A DNA stretch of 64,000 nucleotides from Macrostomum lignano. Lineage: Eukaryota. The stretch spans positions 62,001 through 126,000 of the forward strand of contig NIVC01002430.1 in the NCBI GenBank assembly GCA_002269645.1, read 5' to 3'. Below are positions 40,641 through 60,640 of this stretch, one piece after another. Within the stretch, counting starts at the first letter, position 1; every line of letters starts with the position of its first letter. The translations under genes were made by a program, and so were the position numbers. The notes beneath the pieces are model-generated. The model was not told the DNA's origin. It did no database searches and worked only from the letters and a program-made list of their open reading frames with translations.

Positions 40641-42312
40641 AACGACCCCCTGTTTGTGCACTTTTCAATCGTATTTCTTAAGCAAGCACCTTTTTCGAAT
40701 AGATTATTGGATGGACAGGACTAGCACTGCTCTATAAATTCATCAGCATGATTCAGCCGATATCTCTCTGCAGCACAGCAACTGGACTCTTCCCCGCTAC
40801 TGTCCTGTCCCATCATCCCCATCGCGTTTCCTATTCCGGCAATTTCTATGAGTTAACTGTGATCTAGACCGGGGGTAAGGGGGGGGGAGAGGAGGCGGCA
40901 TGGGATCTGGAAAGCGGCTGTCCAGGCAGGCAAAAAAGCCGGCCGCTCGTGGCCACGCAGCCATATCCCTCACCGCTGACTGACTGAAAGAATAAATCAA
41001 GCAGATAATTTTCAATGGGTGAGGGAGGAGGAGGGAGGCCCGCAGAGCTGGGGGGGGGGGGGGTTGCCGGTCGCCCTCGCGGTTTTGGCTACAGTAAGCG
41101 ATGGTTATATAGTCGTACTCATAGTATTAGTAGTTTTAGTAGCAGCAGCAGTAGTATATAAAAACCTCAATAAGCAATCGATTAATTGCTTTACAAAGTT
41201 GGTCGGTCCTGCGCTTCGCTTCCTACTCTTTGTGGGCAAATGCGGTGGCTTGGGATTTGAATTCAGAATGGGATCTGGTCCCAGATTATTATTTGTCTAT
41301 CGATGATGGCGCGCGCAGAAAAAGCTGGATAATTGCTGCAGAGAAGCAAACAATTAGACTCTGATTGTGTTGCTAATGTTACTTACATAGAACTATACAT
41401 AAAGTAGCATAATATTATATAATTTCGCTATGAACGATTCGGGCCCACTGAAGCAAACTGACGGCTAGAGTAGTCTCAGCTGGATCTGCCCTAGCAACTA
41501 AAAATTGAGATTTTATTATAGAGAAATGAGTTATGGTAGAGTGGTGAGATAAGAAGCTGTGAATACGTCAATTTGATTTCATAGGCAATAAAAGAAAAGC
41601 AAAAGCTATTGACCGATATGTATCGAAAATGAATCTAACGATTTAATTTATTGTCACGAGAATACGAGCGTACGAAATCAAAATATTTTAAAATTATTTA
41701 GGGGGCAAAAAGGTCTCCCTATTCCCGGAAATAGAAGATCTACTTTGTAATTATCCCTCCAAGGCGATATGCCGATATGCATCGAAATTAACTTAACGGA
41801 GCAGCAGTTTTCATTACAATCTTTATTACTACATACATATATGCCGACATGTTTCGAAAATTGCTTTACTGCATTATTTTTTTAATATTATATATTTCCA
41901 ACTCCGCGGGCTTCCGCGATAGAGAGAGGAAAGAAGATATAATGAGGAGAGACGGGCAGAGCAGCAATTAGTTGAGTACAGCAGAGTTCCGTGTCCGTGA
42001 TGCAGCATTTGATGCGGCTGGCCAGCATCTCATAAAATACTCGCACGCAACGCTGACAGGTCTGAGGGGTTGCAGAACAGCTCAACTTGACATGCTTCAT
42101 ATCTCGGGACCAGACGACTCAAACTTCAATGCAGACTGGCTGGCATAATCTCTTCTACTGCTGTTTCTGAGCACTCTGCGCATTTATTCAAATCATAAAA
42201 CTGTCCATCAGTTTCGGGACCTGGCAGAATCCAGACCTGTCACCCTATTTATTAATTTTTCTGCACTTGATTGGCGATAACTATTAATAGCCACTAAAAC
42301 AATGTACTTTAG

Positions 42313-42385
42313 CGGGCATAAAATAGTCTGTCGGCTATAGCGTCTGCCTCGTGTGCGGCAGGGCGCGAGTTCGAATCCTGGTAGG
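42313..42385 (+). other. Degenerate tRNA-like sequence (SINE head or tRNA pseudogene)
   Basis: A-box-like TAGTCTGTCGG, CTGCC/GGCAG stem, and B-box-like GAGTTCGAATCC. Acceptor and T stems do not pair. Confidence 0.3.
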
Positions 42386-42591
42386 TAAAAAATCATTTAA
42401 ACTAAGCTTCAATATACTACTTCATTTCGAATTAAAAAGCGAACTTGGTGAGTTGCGAAGGTTCAGGTTTAATTTAATGAAACTGGAAGAAATCATCATC
42501 ATAATTATAAGGTTTCAAACACACGGACAAAAAACAGTCAATGGCTTGAGCTCCATGAGCTCTTGAGCTCCATGGAAAAGTTCCAAGACTT

Positions 42592-52232
<9,641 letters not shown>

Positions 52233-52719
52233 TTTCTATTCTCAGTAACAATGGCGTCTGTTTTGATTTGAAGTGCGGGTTTAGGCGGTGCAGTGGCAGA
52301 AATAAGTTTGAGCAGAACCATTGGCTGTTTTATGTAGGCTTTTCATAGCAGCACATGCGGTCAGCTGTCACACTGATAACAGGTGCAACAGCAATGCTAC
52401 ACTTTTGATAATTACGATTACTAAGTTTGCTATAGAAGTTGCAAGCCTATTACGAGCGTTATATTAACTACCTGAAGCTAGCAAAATAGGACACTTAATT
52501 AGTGGCATGCACGGGAGTTGAAAAGAAATAATATTAAAGGTTCTCTATTAACTACATAACGAATTTACACTCCACTAGTGCATAGTACATGTTTAGTTTC
52601 GTGACTGATTTCAAAGTATAACTTATCGCTTCATTTAATAATGCAGATCTCGTTTGCAAAATTGCTAGGCTATGATTCTTAAGGTTTTCGAGAGTGATTC
52701 TTAGAAAATCAAGAAAGTG

Positions 52720-53030
52720 ACTCCACCTGTCAGAAATTTTTACTTTTGGTGTCTTTTAGTGACACTATAAATTTTGAGTGTCAGAGAGCTACTTTTTAAT
52801 CGCCGGAGAGGACTCTTAAAGTGTCAGAAGAGTGACTGATAATGAGCCAGGAGAGTAATTCTTAAAGTGTCGAAGAGTAACTGTCAAAATCCCGGGGTGA
52901 CTCTCAATGTATCAGGAGAGTGACTCTCACAGTGCTGGAGAGTGATTTTCAAAGTGCCGGAGAGTGACTTAAAGTGCTGAAGAGTGACTCTTAAAGTACC
53001 GGAGAGTGACTCAAATTACCGAAGAGTGTC
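52720..53030. repeat. Degenerate GGAGAGTGACT-core repeat
   Basis: About 12 diverged units (e.g. GGAGAGTGACTCTC, GAAGAGTGACT). Confidence 0.7.
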
Positions 53031-53049
53031 CGTTTCCACCATCCCGCAG

Positions 53050-53591
53050 CATCCCCACCAAGCGGCTTCAGCCGGGCAGCTTCCTTCTGCCGCTAAGCCG
53101 CCATCAATCTGCAGGTCCGCTCCGTCGGCTGCTTCTGTGCATTGAAGAGGCCGACAGACTGTCTCAGCTGGCCGAAGACCAGGCTGGAGCAGCAGCCGCC
53201 GCCGCCTTCCCAACCTCTACCTGGACCCGACTCGAGCTGGGACTTCGCGTGGGCGGCTGCCTTCTCTCGCTGACCGCCCTGTCGGCGGCTGCCGTCGCCG
53301 CGTTCGCCAAAACCGACGGTCGCCGTCGAAGATGGCGCCGACTGACCGCGGCCGAGTTGAACGCCTGCGTGGCATTCGGCCTCGAGGAGGCCTGCGCCGC
53401 GGTTGCCAGCAGCATGACAGCCGGCCTGACTGCCTGTCGAGTGGTTGCCGCGCTCCGGCACTGGCTGGGACTGGCGCGGGCCTGCGCCCTGCTGCTGCTG
53501 ACGCTGGATCAGTGGCGCCGGCTTCGGCGTCGTCTGTCAGCACCGCAGCGTCGGGACGTTCAACAGCAGCAACAACAGCTGCAGCAGCAGC
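53050..53591 (+). CDS. SMB-GPCR exon 2, 5' part (TM1-TM3 and poly-Gln loop), interrupted by the retrotransposon
   Basis: CCCGCAG|C acceptor at 53049 completes the phase-2 CG from exon 1 (GRR-IPTKRLQPG). Three hydrophobic segments include the TM3-like CRVVAALRHWLGLA. Confidence 0.78.
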
Positions 53592-53680
53592 CCGATCAGC
53601 CCCATAGGGTTGGTGCACCTTCTGGTGCGGTCAAAGGAGCTGCCTCATCGCGGCGACCCGGTTTTAACACCAAAGCTCCT
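53592..53680 (+). ncRNA. Candidate HDV-like self-cleaving ribozyme at the element 5' end
   Basis: Hand fold: P2 AGGAGCT(53635-41)/AGCTCCT(53674-80); P3 GCC/GGC; L3 TCATCGC; J4/2 CCAA. P1 is short or ambiguous. Confidence 0.5.
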
Positions 53681-53755
53681 AAGTCGTGGTCTTCAACCCA
53701 TCTGCCCTCGCGTGCCTTCGGCACGGCTGGCAGGGAGACCGGTTGTTTTGCTGCT

Positions 53756-53833
53756 GTCTATCTGTCCCGCCTCGTCCTCTTTGCGCTCGCCCTCACTACG
53801 CTCGCCGGGGACATCGAAACTAATCCCGGCCCA
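53756..53833 (+). other. 2A-like (StopGo) peptide YLSRLVLFALALTTLAGDIETNPG-P
   Basis: Exact D(V/I)ExNPGP consensus at 53810-53833 with an upstream Leu-rich helix. Confidence 0.88.
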
Positions 53834-56800
53834 GCCTGCAACTCATGCAACGGCCCAATCCGCACGGGCATGCACAGCCTGCCATGTGAGGTCCCAGAAT
53901 GTTCCGAGCGCTGTCACTGTCAGAAGAAATGCAGCGGTATGCACCGCGCCGAGATTGTCCGATCTCCGTGGCGCTGCTCTGTGCACCGCCCCCTTGAATT
54001 GGACTCGGCATCCGCTGCGCACCTGCGTGACCTCCCGACACCCGAGCCCCGCATGTCTCAGCCAACGCGCTGTCACAGCTGCTCAGGGCCCATCCGCACT
54101 GGCACTACTCCGCTCACTTGCGCTGCCAAAGGTTGCGCTCTGGCCTGCCACCGCTCCAGCAACTGCAGCCACATCTCGCGGTATCGTGGCGCCCCCAGCT
54201 GGCTCTGCCCTCTGCATCGGCAGCAGGCGGTCCAACTTCCAGGCGCACACTCCATCTTCCGCCGCCCTGCTCTTACCCGCAGACAAGCTGATCCCACTAC
54301 CGACAGAGATCTGAACGATCCAAGCGACGCCCAGCGCCGCTACTGTGCTAAATGCTCGACCGCCATTCGCCGCGGCGTCGCGTTTGTCAAGTGCAACTCC
54401 TGCAGCGCCGCTTACCACAAGTGCTGCACCGGCCTTAATCGCAACGCCGCGGATGCCGCGGCTCGCAGCCCTTGGGACTGCCCAGTTTGCACAGCGCGCA
54501 CCCAAGGAGCTCCCGCCCCTTCGGCAGCTACGTCGCGCGTCCCCCTGCAGGACAAGGTCGCCCGCGACACTAAATTTGCCGACAGCCTCCGTCTTCTCCA
54601 GTGGAACGCCGACGGAATCGCCTCCAAACTGCCCGAGCTGGCCGAACGCCTCTCCGACAGCGATATCGACATTGCAGCTGTCCAAGAAACGAAGCTCTCC
54701 AACCGCACGCAGCTGCCAAAGATCAACGGGTACATCGCCGTGCGCAAAGACCGCGGCGACGGCAGCGGTGGAGGTCTGCTGCTTCTCATCAGAGACAAGC
54801 TGGCCTTCCGCTCGTCCCCGCAACCCACGGCCACAGCGGACATGGAAATCCAGACGGTCGACATCCAGATATCTACCGCTAACTGGATTACCATCACCAA
54901 CGTCTATGCTCCACCTGTCCGCACCTGCGTCGAGGATCGACAGCTTCCGGACTGGAATCACCTGGGCACTCCGTCTCAGGGCATCATCCTAGGAGACTTC
55001 AACAGCCACTCTCCGGCCTGGGACCCTATACAGCCCCAGGACGAACGAGGCTCCACGCTCCTGGACTGGTCCATCGACACGCAACTGGAAATCCTTAACG
55101 ACGGCTCGCCCACCAGAGTCAATAAAGCCACAGGTGGCGAAAGCTCACCGGATGTGTCCTTCGCCTCCTCAAAGCTGGCTAGCAAATGCACCTGGCAAGT
55201 CTCCGATGACCTCGGCAGTGATCACACGCCGATTGTGATCCGCCTTGACCTCAAGGTTAGGACCTTGCCTAAGGCCCAAAGCCGTCTCATATGGCGCAAA
55301 CAAGGGGTCGACTGGAATGCTTTCCAAACGGTCGTCGAGGACAAATTTAAAGCCCTTCACAAAGAGCATCTTACCTTTGACGCCAGAGCCAAACGCTTTA
55401 ATGATATAGTCATGCAAGCGGCAAACCTTTGCATCGGCAAAGTCCGTACCTCGCACAGACCGCGTCCCTGGCTCACCCCTGAACTCAAAGCGGCGATTAA
55501 GCTCCGTAACCGCCTCAGGCGCTCCGTTGGCGAGAATAGAGAAGATTGGCTCAGCGCCTGCGCCAACGTTCACAAAATTGCCAGGGCAACGAAAGAGGCT
55601 GCTTGGCGTGACACGATAACCGATCTTGAGAAAGAGCCCAACTCGAACAAGGCGTGGAAGTTCATCCGCAGCCTTAACGGCACTCCGGACTCCAACTGCC
55701 CTAATGAGGCCCTCCAGGTCGGCAACAAAGTGTTAACAGACCCTAGAGACAAAGCCAACGCCTTTGCCAAGCAGTACGCCTCTGTCAGCAGGTACCACAT
55801 TTCCCATTCGGATCGCGCTACTATCCGAGAAGCCAAAGCCATCCTTCGGCTTCCCCTTCCGCTCCCAGGTTCGACCCACGACGGTTACGCCGCCATCACC
55901 GAGCAGGAACTGGACTCAGCCATCCAACACCAGCGTGCTAACGGCGCTGCTGGCGCCGACGAGGTCACGCCTCGGTTCATTAAGGCCCTTGGCCCGCTCG
56001 CCCGCGCAGAGCTGCTTAGTCTCTTCAACTGGTCCTTCCAGCACGCGGCCGTCGCTCAATCCTGGCGCACCGCGATTATTATTCCCCTGCTCAAGGCTGG
56101 AAAGTCAGCTCGGGACATCGCGGCCTTTCGCCCCATCAGCCTCACATCCTGTATTGTCAAGCTGCTCGAGCGCATCCTGGTCACTAGATTGCACCACCTG
56201 GCTGAGCGCCACGGCTGGATCTCCCCGAACCAGGCGGGGTTTCGGGCCAACTACTCCTGCGAGGATCAGCTCCTGAGAGTCACCCAAGACATCAGCGACG
56301 GGATGAACCTCAAACCATCTGAACGCACGATCATTGCTCTGCTTGATTTTTGTAAAGCCTTTGACAAAGTGTGGCGTGAGCGCCTCATCACCGTTATGGC
56401 ACGCAAACGCGTCCCTCTTGTCTTTATCAAATGGACTGCGGCCTTTTTGCGCCATCGCATTGCCCGCGTGCAACTCCACGGTGCTCGCAGCTCACCGGTT
56501 ATCATGCGCCAGGGCCTCCCGCAAGGATCGGTCATCGCTCCGTTTCTCTTCCTTATTTTCATTGACACGGTCAATGACGTGGTCAACCCGCCGGCAGAGA
56601 TCTCCATGTATGCCGACGACATCGCCCTCCGCGCCCGCCACCGCAACAAGCTCGAGGCTCAACGCGCTGTGCAAAGAGCACTCGACAACGTGGCCCGCTG
56701 GAGCAATGAGCACAAAATGGTCCTAAACCCAGACAAAAGCGAGGCCGCCTTTTTCTCCACGGACACCAGCGAAGCCGCCTGGTCCCCGGCTATCTCTATC

Positions 56801-58258
56801 GAAGGCCGGAACCTGCGGCACAATCCAACGCCTCGGCTGCTGGGCCTCACACTGGACCGCACTCTGAGTTTCCGCAGTCATCTGGAGCACGTGTGCAATC
56901 GGACCACTTCCCGATGCCGTCTCCTCGCCTGCCTGGCCTCCAAGGAATGGGGATGGTCCAAAAAACTCCTGCTCCGCATTTACCGTGCCATGCAACTTAG
57001 CATCATTAACTTCGCTGCGCCGGCCTGGCACCCTTGGCTCTCTGAATCCGCGTTTCAACAGCTGGAGAGAGCGCAGAACGCAGCCCTTCGTATTGTCACA
57101 GGACAACACCGCACGACTCCGGTTGAGGCCCTTAGGCTGGAAGCTGGCATCTGCTCCGTCCGCACTGGTAGCAATGTTATATGCCTGACGGCCTTCGAAA
57201 GAGCTCAGCGCCTCCCGGATTCTCACCCGTGCCGCATTGCCGCCACTGGAAACACAGCGCACAGGCTACGCAGGAACAGTTGGCGGAACCACGTCACCGA
57301 CCTGCTGCCACTCATTGCTAGCTCGGTCACGCCGCGCGCCATGATCTGCACTGCTCGTCCGCCGCCTTGGGACCCTTTCTCTACCGACGTGCGTGTCGAC
57401 ATGGCGTTGCCGGAACCCGGTCCCGCGCGCACAGCCACGGCCATCGACACTATCCGCCACCTCCCAGGCCTGATCACCATCTACTGCGACGGCTCGGCAT
57501 CAGGCGGCACGACCAATGGCGGCGCCTCAGCCATCGTCACGACCGGTGACCCAGCCCACCCTATCATCCTGGCGACTCTTCAACAGCGCGGCGCGCCCTC
57601 CACATCCTCGTTCGAAGAGGAGCTTCGCGCCGCCTCTCTCGCCATCGGCTGGATCAACCAAGCTGCTCTCACCGCGGCTACCAACATCTGCTCAGACAGC
57701 CAATCTATGCTCCGCGCTCTGGCCAGCGGCAACCCCAGAATCAGATCTGCACTACCTACTGCATCTGCCGAAATCACCTGGCAGTGGGTTCCGGGCCACC
57801 AGAATATTCCTGGCAACGAGCTGGCCGACCAAGCAGCCAAAGAGGCCACCACGCTCGTGTCTCCCGCTAGTCAGATCAGCATCCACAGCGCCAAAAACGT
57901 CATCAGAAGATCCGTCCTCGATCCCCCGATACGCCACGAGCGCACCCGGCACGCGTACCGGCTTCTCAACCGTCAATTGGAAGAGGACTCCATCACCAAC
58001 CGTGCCGATGCGGTGCTTCTTGCGCGCTTACGCTCAGGTCACTGCACTCTTTTCAACGCGTATCGCAGCATTGTCGACCCGGCCGTCGACCCAGCATGTC
58101 ACCGCTGCGGCCATCCCTGCGATGACCTGGAACACTGGCTTGACTGCCCAGCTCTCGCCGGCACCAGGCTCCGCCTTCTTGGAGGACCCACGACAGACAT
58201 CAGCAGCATTTCCGCCGACCCCCTCGGGTTGATAGCGCTGGCCAGACACTGCCCTTAG
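53831..58258 (+). CDS. Retrotransposon polyprotein (post-2A, 1475 aa): 3 PHD-like fingers, APE endonuclease, reverse transcriptase, RNase H, CCHC finger
   Basis: APE: QWNADG, VQETK, GDFN, SDH. RT: FRPISLTS, QAGFR, DFCKAFD, GLPQGS, YADD. RNase H: YCDGS, EELRA, CSDSQS, WVPGHQNIPGNELAD. C-terminal CHRC..DDLEH...C. Confidence 0.95.
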   Translation, partial: PACNSCNGPIRTGMHSLPCEVPECSERCHCQKKCSGMHRAEIVRSPWRCSVHRPLELDSASAAHLRDLPTPEPRMSQPTRCHSCSGPIRTGTTPLTCAAKGCALACHRSSNCSHISRYRGAPSWLCPLHRQQAVQLPGAHSIFRRPALTRRQADPTTDRDLNDPSDAQRRYCAKCSTAIRRGVAFVKCNSCSAAYHKCCTGLNRNAADAAARSPWDCPVCTARTQGAPAPSAATSRVPLQDKVARDTKFADSLRLLQWNADGIASKLPELAERLSDSDIDIAAVQETKLSNRTQLPKINGYIAVRKDRGDGSGGGLLLLIRDKLAFRSSPQPTATADMEIQTVDIQISTANWITITNVYAPPVRTCVEDRQLPDWNHLGTPSQGIILGDFNSHSPAWDPIQPQDERGSTLLDWSIDTQLEILNDGSPTRVNKATGGESSPDVSFASSKLASKCTWQVSDDLGSDHTPIVIRLDLKVRTLPKAQSRLIWRKQGVDWNAFQTVVEDKFKALHKEHLTFDARAKRFNDIVMQAANLCIGKVRTSHRPRPWLTPELKAAIKLRNRLRRSVGENREDWLSACANVHKIARATKEAAWRDTITDLEKEPNSNKAWKFIRSLNGTPDSNCPNEALQVGNKVLTDPRDKANAFAKQYASVSRYHISHSDRATIREAKAILRLPLPLPGSTHDGYAAITEQELDSAIQHQRANGAAGADEVTPRFIKALGPLARAELLSLFNWSFQHAAVAQSWRTAIIIPLLKAGKSARDIAAFRPISLTSCIVKLLERILVTRLHHLAERHGWISPNQAGFRANYSCEDQLLRVTQDISDGMNLKPSERTIIALLDFCKAFDKVWRERLITVMARKRVPLVFIKWTAAFLRHRIARVQLHGARSSPVIMRQGLPQGSVIAPFLFLIFIDTVNDVVNPPAEISMYADDIALRARHRNKLEAQRAVQRALDNVARWSNEHKMVLNPDKSEAAFFSTDTSEAAWSPAISIEGRNLRHNPTPRLLGLTLDRTLSFRSHLEHVCNRTTSRCRLLACLASKEWGWSKKLLLRIYRAMQLSIINFAAPAWHPWLSESAFQQLERAQNAALRIVTGQHRTTPVEALRLEAGICSVRTGSNVICLTAFERAQRLPDSHPCRIAATGNTAHRLRRNSWRNHVTDLLPLIASSVTPRAMICTARPPPWDPFSTDVRVDMALPEPGPARTATAIDTIRHLPGLITIYCDGSASGGTTNGGASAIVTTGDPAHPIILATLQQRGAPSTSSFEEELRAASLAIGWINQAALTAATNICSDSQSMLRALASGNPRIRSALPTASAEITWQWVPGHQNIPGNELADQAAKEATTLVSPASQISIHSAKNVIRRSVLDPPIRHERTRHAYRLLNRQLEEDSITNRADAVLLARLRSGHCTLFNAYRSIVDPAVDPACHRCGHPCDDLEHWLDCPALAGTRLRLLGGPTTDISSISADPLGLIALARHCP

Positions 58259-58310
58259 CTCTGCCTGGGCGCGTACCACCAAAACAACAACAACAACAAG
58301 CAGCAGCAGC

Positions 58311-58474
58311 AGGAGCATCAACGGCATCGCCAGTTTCAACGACGCCGGCGGGATCGGAGACTGCAGCGGACTCGGACAGCCGCCAGGCTGGGGCTGGCCT
58401 GGCTGGCGCCGCTGCTGCCCGCCGCCACCGTCTGGCTGATCGAGGCCGCCTCCGCTGCCGCGGTGCTGGGACCG
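58311..58474 (+). CDS. SMB-GPCR exon 2, 3' part (TM4), cut off by the insertion
   Basis: Removing the element and one TSD copy restores the frame (QQQQEHQRH...LGLAWLAPLLPAATVWLI). Phase-0 donor CCG|GTGCGC at 58475. Confidence 0.7.
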
Positions 58475-58539
58475 GTGCGCACCGCCTGCTTCTTTTTGGT
58501 CCCAGTTGTGCCTTGTACCTCATATATTCCTGCTAGATC

Positions 58540-59110
58540 GCATTTATCCCCTTTAGATCCCATTTATCCCGTCTAGATCCCATTTATCCTCTTTAGATTC
58601 CATGCATCCCCTCTAGATCCTGTTTATTCCCTCTAGATCCCATTTATCCCGTCTAGATCCCATTCATCCCCTCTAGAACTCATATATTCCATTTAGATCT
58701 CATTTATTCCCTCTAAATCCAATTTATCCCCTTTAGATCCCATTTATGCCCTCCAAATCCCATTTATGCCCTCCAGATCCCATTTATTCCCTCCAGATCC
58801 CATTTATCCTCTTTAGATTCCATGCATCCCCTCTAGATCCTGTTTATTCCCTCTAGATCCCATTTATCCCGTCTAGATCCCATTCATCCCCCTAGAACTC
58901 ATTTATTCTCTCTGGATCCCATTTATCCCGTCTAGATCCCATTTATCCTCTTTAGATTCCATTCATCCCCTCTAGATCCCATTTATCCTCTTTAAATTAC
59001 ATGCATCCCCTCTAGATCTCATTTATTCCCTCTAGATCCCATCTATTCCCTCTAGATCCCATTTATCCTCTTTAGATTCCATTCATTCCCTCTGGATCCC
59101 ATTTATCCAT
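58540..59110. repeat. Intronic ~21-bp degenerate minisatellite AGATCCCATTTATCCCCTCT
   Basis: Direct reading. Confidence 0.88.
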
Positions 59111-59385
59111 TATATTCAACCCTTCTAAATTCTATTTATCGCCTCTATATTGTATTGATCCCATTTTACAAGATCCTAGATGCCCAATCTCACTCTACAT
59201 GCATGATATCCTCCCGGTATTTCTATCGACCTAAATTTATTCGACAAGCTTTTATTTTAGCTATTACCAATAGACTATAAATGTAGAATTTAGTGTACAA
59301 AGATTAGAAATTTTGGCCCTCCATACACGGCGGCACCAGTCAGCTCTTCAAAACCCAACGCCCCTATCCATATCCCGCACTCCAG

Positions 59386-59961
59386 CCGCCGGAGCGGCCG
59401 TTCTACTGCGCGCCAGTTCATCAGCAGCAGCCGCAGCCGTCGCTATCCAACCCGGCCGCTTTCGCAGCCGCCTCTCTGGCGCCGCACTGCGCCCTGCTAG
59501 GCGCCGCCGCCGTCCTACTAGCCGCCGCCTGGCGACGTCTCCGACGCGCCGACTCCGACTCGGTGTCGTTCGAACTCCGGCCGGAGCGACATCGGGCCAG
59601 ACTGCACGCCTGTCTGGTGGCGGCCTCGGCCGCGGCCTGGTCGGCCAGCCTGGCCGGTCGGTTCGTCGTCGAACGGCCGGCGACGCTGTCAAGAAATCTG
59701 GCGGCCGGCGCAGATTTCGCAGCCTGCGGCGCCCTGTTCGGCTTAGCCTGCCTGCTGCCGATGAGGTGGCGGCTGGCCGCGGCTACACCCGACACCAACT
59801 GCAACGACGACCACGCATTGGGCGAAGCCGCGATGGCCGAGGTCAACGCCTCGGATGCGGACATTGTTGACGCAGCGTCGACCATCGTCGTGATTGGCGG
59901 TGGATCGACTGGCGCGACAGGTGCCGACGCAGCCGTCGGGAAACTGCTGACTGATGAATAA
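59386..59961 (+). CDS. SMB-GPCR terminal exon (TM5-TM7 and cytoplasmic tail)
   Basis: CTCCAG|CCG phase-0 acceptor; open frame PPERPFYCAP...LTDE*; three hydrophobic segments; AATAAA near the stop. Confidence 0.72.
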   Translation, partial: PPERPFYCAPVHQQQPQPSLSNPAAFAAASLAPHCALLGAAAVLLAAAWRRLRRADSDSVSFELRPERHRARLHACLVAASAAAWSASLAGRFVVERPATLSRNLAAGADFAACGALFGLACLLPMRWRLAAATPDTNCNDDHALGEAAMAEVNASDADIVDAASTIVVIGGGSTGATGADAAVGKLLTDE

Positions 59962-60064
59962 TAAATCAATCGAGAGTGCGACATTTTCCCAACGAGCTTT
60001 ACCGACAAGGCTATTGCATTCTGCCATTTTACCGCCAAGGACTTCTAGCAGGAGGTTCACCTAA

Positions 60065-60640
60065 AGATTTCTAACTGGGGACTTTCGTAATGATTCTAGC
60101 TGGGGATTTTGATAAGGATTTCTAGCTGGGGATTCCCCTAAGGATTCTAGCAGGGGATTCCCCGGAGGATTTCTAGCTGGGAATTCCCCTAAGGATTTCT
60201 AGCTGGGGAATCCCCTAAACATTCTAGCAGGGGATTCTGATAAGGATTTCTAGCTGAGGATTCCTCTAATGATTGTAGCAGGGGATTCCCATAAGGATTT
60301 CTAGCAGGGGATCCCCCTAAGGATTTCTAGCAGGAGATCCGATAAGGATTTCTAATATCTGGGGATTCCCCTGAGGATTTCTAGCTGGGAATTCCCCTAA
60401 GGATTTCCAGCTGGGAATTCTCCTAAGGATTTCTAGCTGGGGAATCCCCTAAACATTCTAGCAGGGGATTCCCCTAAGGATTTCTAGCAGGGGAATCCCC
60501 TAAGGATTTCTAGCTGGGGATTCTCTAAGGATTTCTAGCCAAGGATTTCTAGCTATGGATCTCGCCTAGGGATTTCTAGCTAAGGATTTCCCTATAAGGA
60601 TTTCTATCTAAGGATTTCCCTAAGGATTTCTAGCTGGGAA
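60065..60640. repeat. Degenerate ~26-bp minisatellite GGATTTCTAGCTGGGGATTCCCCTAA
   Basis: Direct reading. Confidence 0.85.

Larger units (their letters stand above)
53592..58299 (+). mobile_element. Full-length, intact Ingi/I-group non-LTR retrotransposon
   Basis: Single uninterrupted ORF; AAAA(CAA)5 tail at 58281-58299; 11-bp TSD GCAGCAGCAGC at 53581-53591 and 58300-58310. Clade assignment is from domain order (APE-RT-RNase H, single ORF, 2A). Confidence 0.92.

Noticed and set aside
52233-52321. Upstream ATG (52321) as an N-terminal extension of NPEPPS
   Set aside because: It is 89 nt upstream and so out of frame, and an in-frame TAG lies just before ATG 52232.
53006-53591. N-terminal ~195 aa of the 1750-aa ORF as part of the retrotransposon, or a start at 53006
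   Set aside because: It lies upstream of the TSD. 53006-53049 is intronic repeat/acceptor sequence and 53050-53591 is host GPCR exon.
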